Assembly: GCA_009392275.1 (NCBI GenBank)
Contig: VFGV01000012.1
Span: 18,217 to 82,216, forward strand
DNA: 64,000 bases
Source of the DNA: SAR202 cluster bacterium
GTDB lineage: Bacteria; Chloroflexota; Dehalococcoidia; Lucifugimonadales; UBA2962
Direction of reading: 5' to 3'
Below the pieces are notes generated by a model. It was not told the DNA's origin. It saw only the letters and a list, made by a program, of their open reading frames with translations, and did no database searches. Within the stretch, counting starts at the first letter, position 1; every line of letters starts with the position of its first letter. The position numbers and the translations under genes are program-made. Below, piece by piece: positions 57,479 to 64,000 of the stretch.

Positions 57479-57988
57479 ATGAGCGTAACAATGAACCACA
57501 CGGGAGTTGTGGTAACTGATATAGAAAAGGCCCTGCAGTTTTACTGCGAGGGAATTGGACTTGAACTTAGATTCCAAGTTGAAGCTGGTGGGGCTGAACT
57601 ATCCCAGCTACTTGGGTATGATAACGTCCAAGTAAAAGCAGCATTCGTGGGAGGAATTGATGGCCATTCAGTTGAGATAATTGAATATTTGTCACCAAAA
57701 ACAGAAGTAAGAGATTCAGGTGAACAGCATAAGAGAAACGCAACAGGTGCTGCACACATATCATTTAACGTAACCGATATGGACGCTATCATTGAAAGAA
57801 TAGTTCCCATGGGCGCAGTTTTAAATAATCCTCCGGTTGCATTAATGGACGGGTTTAGGAGCGTATATTTACAAGATCCATGGGGTAATTGGATTGAGCT
57901 TGATGAAGATGCAGTCCATAATCAACAGCAATTTTCTATTCATCAGAGAACTTCCGTAAACCCTTCTCCAGGTGATGTGCGGCTCTAA
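57479..57988 (+). CDS. VOC (glyoxalase/bleomycin resistance) family protein
   Basis: NHTGVVVTD, EIIEY, HISFNV, YLQDPWGNWIEL. Confidence 0.9.
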   Translation: MSVTMNHTGVVVTDIEKALQFYCEGIGLELRFQVEAGGAELSQLLGYDNVQVKAAFVGGIDGHSVEIIEYLSPKTEVRDSGEQHKRNATGAAHISFNVTDMDAIIERIVPMGAVLNNPPVALMDGFRSVYLQDPWGNWIELDEDAVHNQQQFSIHQRTSVNPSPGDVRL

Positions 57989-57994
57989 TACAAG

Positions 57995-58912
57995 ATGAAT
58001 ATCGGTTGGATTGGAGTAGGAAACATTGGCCTTCCGATGGCACGCCATCTAATAGATGCGGGCCATCGGCTAACTGTACACGATTTAGTAAAAGATAATG
58101 CCCTTCCATTATTAGAAATGGGCGCGACTTGGGCTGATTCTCCTGAAAAGGCTTCAACATCAAATGAAGTGGTTGTCATGTCGCTCCCAATGCCTGATGA
58201 CGTAGAAAAGGTTTGCTTTGGTGATAACGGTATACTTAATGGACTGAAACCAGGAAATATAGTGGTTGATATGTCTACAAATTCACTGGAGATGGTACGC
58301 TCAATCGAAAATAGATTCCGAAAAAATGGCATTGAATTCCTGGATTCTCCTGTCAGCGGTGGAGTAGAAGGTGCAAATTCCACGGATCTAGTCGTTTTGG
58401 TGGGAGGATCTCAAAATACATTTAACAAAGTTGAGTGTTTATTAAAGTTAATCGGTAAAAATGTTAACTTTTGTGGCCCTATAGGAGCTGGAACCATATG
58501 TAAATTGAGTCACCAATTATTAGCAATGTCAATATTGCAAATTGGTGGAGAAATATTAACCTTAGGTATTAAAGCTGGAGTTGATCTAGACATTTTGGCT
58601 GACTCAATATCCAAGGGGGTTATGGGTAAGGTTCCCCCGCTAGGAAGATTCTATCAAGACGTCTTTAACGGAAACTTAGAAGGTACTGATACAAGCTTTT
58701 ACCTTGGGCTTGCCGCTAAAGATATCAAGCTTGCCAATGACATGGCCAGACAAATAGATGTGCCTTTAACTATCGGTAGTGCGGTTGAAGAAATATTGGT
58801 TGAAGCTATGAATAGAGGTTGGCAAAAGAAAAACTTTCCTGCGATTGTTCAGCTACAGGAGGAAAAAACCGGAGTTGAGCTACGCACGAATAAATCTGTA
58901 CAAATAGATTAG
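57995..58912 (+). CDS. Beta-hydroxyacid dehydrogenase (3-hydroxyisobutyrate DH family)
   Basis: GVGNIGLPMA, DMST, DSPVSGG, GAGTICKL, KD. Confidence 0.92.
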   Translation: MNIGWIGVGNIGLPMARHLIDAGHRLTVHDLVKDNALPLLEMGATWADSPEKASTSNEVVVMSLPMPDDVEKVCFGDNGILNGLKPGNIVVDMSTNSLEMVRSIENRFRKNGIEFLDSPVSGGVEGANSTDLVVLVGGSQNTFNKVECLLKLIGKNVNFCGPIGAGTICKLSHQLLAMSILQIGGEILTLGIKAGVDLDILADSISKGVMGKVPPLGRFYQDVFNGNLEGTDTSFYLGLAAKDIKLANDMARQIDVPLTIGSAVEEILVEAMNRGWQKKNFPAIVQLQEEKTGVELRTNKSVQID

Positions 58913-58920
58913 CTAACTTT

Positions 58921-59349
58921 TTATTGCACCTTAATTTTCTTAATAAACAGTTCCACAGAGTCAGCAGATTCAGTTCTGTCAATATTTTTAAGTATAAGAG
59001 AATATCCAAATAAAGCATTAGAGGGGACGCCGACGGTCAATTCAGTAGGAAAAGGCATCAGTCCTGGCCCCGTTATCCCAATCATTATTTTACCTTTACC
59101 TGAAACGTTACATAACATTCCTTTACTACATTTACTTTCATCAAAAACTTCGATGAATTGTATTTTGATTTGGCTATCAGGCAGAACAATTATCGGATAA
59201 TCTTCACTTGCAGAGTATTGCTCGTCTTGAACAACTTCTTTATCGGTGATTTCTGTACATCCCACTGTTACAACTATGATTGCGAAAATACCTAACGCAG
59301 TTATACTACACTTAATAAATTGCCGATATTTATCAAATAATGTATTCAC
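58921..59349 (-). CDS. Hypothetical lipoprotein
   Basis: Lipobox TVGC; DESKCSKGMLC Cys pair. Confidence 0.6.
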   Translation of the reverse strand: MNTLFDKYRQFIKCSITALGIFAIIVVTVGCTEITDKEVVQDEQYSASEDYPIIVLPDSQIKIQFIEVFDESKCSKGMLCNVSGKGKIMIGITGPGLMPFPTELTVGVPSNALFGYSLILKNIDRTESADSVELFIKKIKVQ

Positions 59350-60428
59350 TATGCTATCAATTTCTCCAGGGTTTTCTGATTTAGCTCCAGACCAAGTCCT
59401 GGAGCGTCAGGCAGTTGTACATAGCCTTCGGAAATTTTATATGGCTGTTTGAAAAGTTGGCTTGCTTGTCCAGAAAATTCGGTAGAATACTCATGAGGTC
59501 TCACAGCAGTTAGGTAAGTTGAATAAAGCTGTAAACTAGCTGCACTCGCAATTCCAGCCGATGGACAATGGGGCATTACTAGCTTCCCATAAGTACCAGC
59601 TAAATCATATATGCGTCTTGATTCAGTTACACCTCCAGCAAGCACTATGTCTGGTTGTAAAATATCCGGGTTACCTAACTCTATCAGATCCCTAAACTGC
59701 CAACGTGTATGTTGCTGCTCCCCAAATGACACAGGTATATCTAACGCCCTTGAACATTCTTTCAAACCTTGAAGATCATGTTGGGCTACGGGCTCTTCGA
59801 AATGAGCAGCACCCATATCCTCTAATATCCTACCCTGTTGTATTGCAACCGAAGGCGAGTAGCCATTATTGGCATCAAAGCTTAATTGCATGTCTTCAGG
59901 CAAGAAATTCCGGCAAACCTCAAACCTCAACATATCTTTTTTAGGATCTCGGTCAAGACGCTGTGAATCCCAATCCATACGAATCTTAAAAGCTCTATAC
60001 CCATCCTCAAGTGCTTTTTCCATCTTAGATCTCATTTCTAATGGCTCTTTCAGCCTACCCATGCCCTGACTAACATATAGTTGTATCTTGGTTTTAGCTG
60101 CTCCTCCAAGAAATTTATATAGTGGTAGTCCAACAGCTCTACTAGCAATATCCCACAAAGCTATATCTAATGCTCCGATAGCAGATGTCTGTAAACCCAT
60201 TGGTCCAAAACGGGTAGTGTTATAAAACATTTCATCCCAAAGAGAGACAACATTTGTGGGGTCTTTGCCTTTGATGAGTGGGCTCAATTTATGCTCAATA
60301 AAAGTTTTGGTCACAATTGGATCCACGATATAACATTCACCTAAACCTTTTATTCCCTCATCTGTTTCAATTTCGACGATTAAAGCACCGGTTTTCAGAG
60401 GTATGGTTTTAACATTAGTAATAATCAT
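59349..60428 (-). CDS. Mandelate racemase / muconate lactonizing enzyme (enolase superfamily)
   Basis: ETDEGIKGLGE, DIALWD, KIR, DANN, EEP, GEQ, QPD, PH. Confidence 0.93.
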   Translation of the reverse strand: MIITNVKTIPLKTGALIVEIETDEGIKGLGECYIVDPIVTKTFIEHKLSPLIKGKDPTNVVSLWDEMFYNTTRFGPMGLQTSAIGALDIALWDIASRAVGLPLYKFLGGAAKTKIQLYVSQGMGRLKEPLEMRSKMEKALEDGYRAFKIRMDWDSQRLDRDPKKDMLRFEVCRNFLPEDMQLSFDANNGYSPSVAIQQGRILEDMGAAHFEEPVAQHDLQGLKECSRALDIPVSFGEQQHTRWQFRDLIELGNPDILQPDIVLAGGVTESRRIYDLAGTYGKLVMPHCPSAGIASAASLQLYSTYLTAVRPHEYSTEFSGQASQLFKQPYKISEGYVQLPDAPGLGLELNQKTLEKLIA

Positions 60429-61433
60429 TCAATTTAATCCTGTTATATTTATTGGCTTGCCTGACTGAGATGACTTATAGGCAGCGTCTATTATTTTGTA
60501 AACTTTTAAAGCATCTTTGGTTCCTATGGGTACCCTCGTTTCATCCATAATTGAATCTATCCAATCTTGCATTTGTATCGTATACATTTCCATATAGTCT
60601 GGAGAATTTGGAACGATTCTTTGTGTATTCTCGTGTTCGGGCAATATACTGCTTTGAATCTCGATAATCTCAGAAGGCCACTCTGACCTAATCCTACCAT
60701 GTGTACCATATACATCTAGCACATCAAATATCTGTTGAGTCCGAGAGCTAACCGTTACAGATGCACTAACACCATTTTCAAACATAATATTAAATGCAGA
60801 ATCTTGGTCCGATCCTAGTTGTTCATCCCAACGGGTTTCGGAATACACATTTAACGGCATAATATCACCCATCACCCATAAAATTTGGTCAACGATATGG
60901 ACACCATGCCATCTAAGTTGGCCTCCACCATGCTCCATGCGACCATTCCAAGAGACTAGCTGACTACCAGATTTATGCCCATGAATCTGAATTACCTCGC
61001 CTAAAACATCTTTTCTAAAAAACTCTTTAAAACGTTGGCGTCCTGGGTTATATCTCATACAATATCCGACCATCACGGTTTTGTTTGATTGCTTTTCTTT
61101 TTCTATGATCTCTATTATTTCATTAGAATTAACACCAGCGGGTTTTTCAACAAATACGTGAACTCCAGCATCTAGGCCAGATATTGTAGCTGACTTTAGT
61201 TGATCATGAGGTAATGCTATAACAACCGTATCAAGCCTTTCTTTATCTAGCATATTTATATAATTATCATATGCTTTGAAATAACCATCCTCTGAAGCTG
61301 TTGCTTTAGAGGACTCAATATTAGTGTCTGAACATGCAACAAGAGTTACTAAATCTCCCATACCACGCAAAATCTTTGAAAGTCTCTGACGCCCATGGCC
61401 TCCGCATCCGATTAGTCCCATTTTGATTGTCAT
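60429..61433 (-). CDS. Gfo/Idh/MocA family oxidoreductase
   Basis: GLIGCG, HVFVEKP, VGYCMRY, GGGQL...GVHIVD. Confidence 0.92.
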   Translation of the reverse strand: MTIKMGLIGCGGHGRQRLSKILRGMGDLVTLVACSDTNIESSKATASEDGYFKAYDNYINMLDKERLDTVVIALPHDQLKSATISGLDAGVHVFVEKPAGVNSNEIIEIIEKEKQSNKTVMVGYCMRYNPGRQRFKEFFRKDVLGEVIQIHGHKSGSQLVSWNGRMEHGGGQLRWHGVHIVDQILWVMGDIMPLNVYSETRWDEQLGSDQDSAFNIMFENGVSASVTVSSRTQQIFDVLDVYGTHGRIRSEWPSEIIEIQSSILPEHENTQRIVPNSPDYMEMYTIQMQDWIDSIMDETRVPIGTKDALKVYKIIDAAYKSSQSGKPINITGLN

Positions 61434-61484
61434 AGTGTTTACCTACTTAAATATCAGCTTTACTTATAACAGAAATAGAAAATC

Positions 61485-63800
61485 TCATGGTTCTATTATT
61501 TTATGTAGCTTATTAACTTCTAGGTCTTTGATTATTTGAATTGTTCCATTCGGCCAGTATACAACTAGCTCATTAACTAAATCCGCTTTACCAATGCCAA
61601 ATTCTAAATCAATACTGTCCATAGATATGTAACTAGAGCCAGCTCTGACTTCCTGCACTTGAATTAATTCTTTACCATCAATTATTGTTCTTACGTATAC
61701 CCTCGCACCAATTCCATCCGCATTACTACCTGTACCATCTATTGCCATACGACCACGTAATAATAACTTTATCCAATTATTGTCACCTCCTCCGTTAATC
61801 CAAACAAATACAGGGCCAGGGCTTTCCATTATAGAACTTTCTGTCCCCTCCCAAATTGGACCACTACTATTAGTAGCTATCAGATCAACATATCCGTCAT
61901 TATTAATATCACCATGAGCCAAACCCTTTCCATTTTCATGAAACCTGGACGATATTTTCCTGGCTTTCATAGAAAATATTGAGTCAGGATCATCAAGATC
62001 TTTATAATTAACACCTACAATATCTAACACCTGAGCTCGCACAGTTATATCTTCAAAATTACCTGCTCCATCTCCCATTAACAGCCTACCTGCTCCTTGG
62101 AACGCCTCACCCCCAGGCCCCTGCCCAGATGCAACCGTAGACCCAAGCCAATATAAATCTTGGTCTCCATCGTTGTCCATGTCAAAAAACGTAGCACCAA
62201 AACCAAAATCATAAGCTTGTATACCCGTGGGAACTTTTTGTAACGAGTTGATTTTACTAATCTCCAAGGAATCCGGAGGCATATAAGGACTAGGTATAAC
62301 TGATGTGGAAGCAGCAATATCCGTGAACAAACCAACAGTACCAACCCCCTCAATTTCCTTGATGCCATCATTTCTAAGTAAATAATGTAGACAAGTACCC
62401 CATATGAACCGCTGATGGTATTCACATGACCCACTTGGTCCTCTCATCGGTGGTCGGGTATTGGGATGATAACCGATATTCGTTACAAATACGTCTAGAT
62501 CTGCATCTGAATCAATGTCTCCTATAGCGAAGCCCATCCAGGCTCCAACTTTATCCAGACCTAAAGCTCTAGAAATCTCGGTGAATTTAACACCCTCAGC
62601 ATCTGTGTCATTGCGGTATATGCGAAATATATCTCCATCGCTAGCAATAAACAGATCCGGATCAGAATCATCATCATAATCAAAAAACATAGAACTATGT
62701 GTTTGATAAGTCGGTTCTCCTATTTGGTTACCCTGCTCATCAGTCCATGTAGGATCCCATCCTTCGTACCATTGATTATTAGAAGGATCTTCGAACAAGA
62801 TAGGCTTACTATTAAAGTCACGCATAACTATTTCAGTCCCTCTCACGCCTGCAGACTCCGCAACTTCAGTGAAAGTTAAATCCTGGTTATTTATATATAA
62901 AACGTCATAATGCCCAGGGTGATTCGCGCCTGAGAAAGTGCGGAACTCTTGAGCCATAAGATTACCGACAAAAATATCCAAATAACCGTCTAAATTTACG
63001 TCTGCGCATGAAATAGAAGTCGCCGACCTAATATTTATATCGTTTCCAAAAGCTTGTGCAGTGACATCTGTAAAAGTACCGTCCTTATCGTTAAGTAATA
63101 ATGAATCCGCACTCCCTTTGATTCCATCGGTTGATCGAAAATCCAGTTCATCCATAGGATCACCCCAGGCACCAACATACAAATCTTGAAACCCGTCGTT
63201 ATTGAAGTCACAGGCCAAGGCGCCAGTACTATGACTATCTAATAAACCTACTCCCGCATACTCAGTTACATCTGTAAAAGCATTGTTCCCATCATTTCTT
63301 AATAGTATGTTGGATTTTTCTGCTTGTGATGTGAAATAGAGGTCATGATCATCATCACGATCAAAGTCGAAAACCACAATACCTGGCCTATCATTCCATA
63401 ATTTCCAGTCATAGCCTAAAACTGTTTCCGCTATGTTAGTAAAGGGAACTATCAAATCTTTTTCATTTGGCTCTAAATTGGATGGGGACTGTCTAGCAGC
63501 TTCTCCACGAATCACGATGTTTCTTATGGATTCTCCCCAAGATTCTACAAGTGTAGAATCGATACGATCGTTCATTTCCCCTTCAATTGTCTCACCAGTC
63601 ACACTATCAATACATACTCCTTGAACGCAGACTATTTGCGGAGTAATACTAATCTCAACCTGAGAACCTAAATTAGATTGCTCATCTATGATTAAATCGT
63701 CATTACAGGCATATCCGACTGTAATGATAAAGATAAATAAAACAGCAGTGTTAAGTGACTCATGCTTTAATTGCTTTAAATTGTTTAGAATACTAATCAT
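61485..63800 (-). CDS. CRTAC1/ASPIC-UnbV family secreted protein with FG-GAP/VCBS repeats
   Basis: Repeated DxDxDGxxDL motifs; C-terminal SNADGIGARV, GSSYISM, FGIG, WPNG; possible lipobox GYAC. Confidence 0.9.
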   Translation of the reverse strand: MISILNNLKQLKHESLNTAVLFIFIITVGYACNDDLIIDEQSNLGSQVEISITPQIVCVQGVCIDSVTGETIEGEMNDRIDSTLVESWGESIRNIVIRGEAARQSPSNLEPNEKDLIVPFTNIAETVLGYDWKLWNDRPGIVVFDFDRDDDHDLYFTSQAEKSNILLRNDGNNAFTDVTEYAGVGLLDSHSTGALACDFNNDGFQDLYVGAWGDPMDELDFRSTDGIKGSADSLLLNDKDGTFTDVTAQAFGNDINIRSATSISCADVNLDGYLDIFVGNLMAQEFRTFSGANHPGHYDVLYINNQDLTFTEVAESAGVRGTEIVMRDFNSKPILFEDPSNNQWYEGWDPTWTDEQGNQIGEPTYQTHSSMFFDYDDDSDPDLFIASDGDIFRIYRNDTDAEGVKFTEISRALGLDKVGAWMGFAIGDIDSDADLDVFVTNIGYHPNTRPPMRGPSGSCEYHQRFIWGTCLHYLLRNDGIKEIEGVGTVGLFTDIAASTSVIPSPYMPPDSLEISKINSLQKVPTGIQAYDFGFGATFFDMDNDGDQDLYWLGSTVASGQGPGGEAFQGAGRLLMGDGAGNFEDITVRAQVLDIVGVNYKDLDDPDSIFSMKARKISSRFHENGKGLAHGDINNDGYVDLIATNSSGPIWEGTESSIMESPGPVFVWINGGGDNNWIKLLLRGRMAIDGTGSNADGIGARVYVRTIIDGKELIQVQEVRAGSSYISMDSIDLEFGIGKADLVNELVVYWPNGTIQIIKDLEVNKLHKIIEP

Positions 63801-63831
63801 TAACCATCGATACTATTACTAACATTGCTTT

Positions 63832-63868
63832 AAAAAAAATAGGCCCGAGCACATTGCTCAGGCCTATT
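63832..63868 (-). terminator. Rho-independent terminator
   Basis: Minus strand taggcctgagca-atg-tgctcgggccta followed by a T run. Confidence 0.8.
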
Positions 63869-63888
63869 AATTTATCAGATTATATGCT

Positions 63889-64000
63889 CTAAGTTCCTGA
63901 TCGAGACAATTTTGGATCTAATATATCTCTTAAGTTGTCACCAATCATATTGATTCCAAGCACCGTTAGAGTTAAAAATCCTCCTGGTATACCAACCACC
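63889..64000 (-). CDS. 3' end of a DppC/OppC-type ABC permease (partial)
   Basis: Manual translation VVGIPGGFLTLTVLGINMIGDNLRDILDPKLSRSGT*. Confidence 0.85.
   Translation of the reverse strand, partial: VVGIPGGFLTLTVLGINMIGDNLRDILDPKLSRSGT

Noticed and set aside
56189-64000. Genomic island integrated at tRNA-Lys
   Set aside because: No integrase, no duplicated tRNA 3' end in the window and no evident compositional shift.

Overview
AT-rich, densely coding bacterial chromosome segment of about 65 CDS and 4 tRNAs. Gene content suggests a marine SAR202-type Dehalococcoidia (Chloroflexota); this is an inference from the rplI-dnaB-dnaD-double-AAA loader cluster and the luciferase-like monooxygenase, enolase-superfamily, CaiB, crotonase and peptide-type ABC paralogues. 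Housekeeping blocks are lspA-rluD-gltX-purQ-purL, moaDE-miaB-nadAC, rpsP-khpA-rimM-yebC-ruvC-ruvA-uvrB, rplI-dnaB and dcd-ribD-ribE-ribBA-ribH. They alternate with catabolic and transport genes of unknown substrate. I found no CRISPR array, integrase, transposase, rRNA or recognisable riboswitch. The most notable signals are: (1) an Mrp/ApbC Fe-S carrier lacking its CxxC motif next to SufT; (2) an exporter adaptor with two 78-bp repeat arrays plus a CxRxxG-PDP lipoprotein; (3) a MoaD with an extra Asn after the Gly-Gly; (4) a tandem-AAA helicase loader; (5) several enzymes with altered catalytic motifs; (6) a possible D-amino-acid/peptide scavenging module; (7) a two-part EamA joined by TAG-ATG inside purQ-purL; (8) candidate promoters with 18-bp spacers. 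All calls come from motif recognition by eye; no database searches were run.
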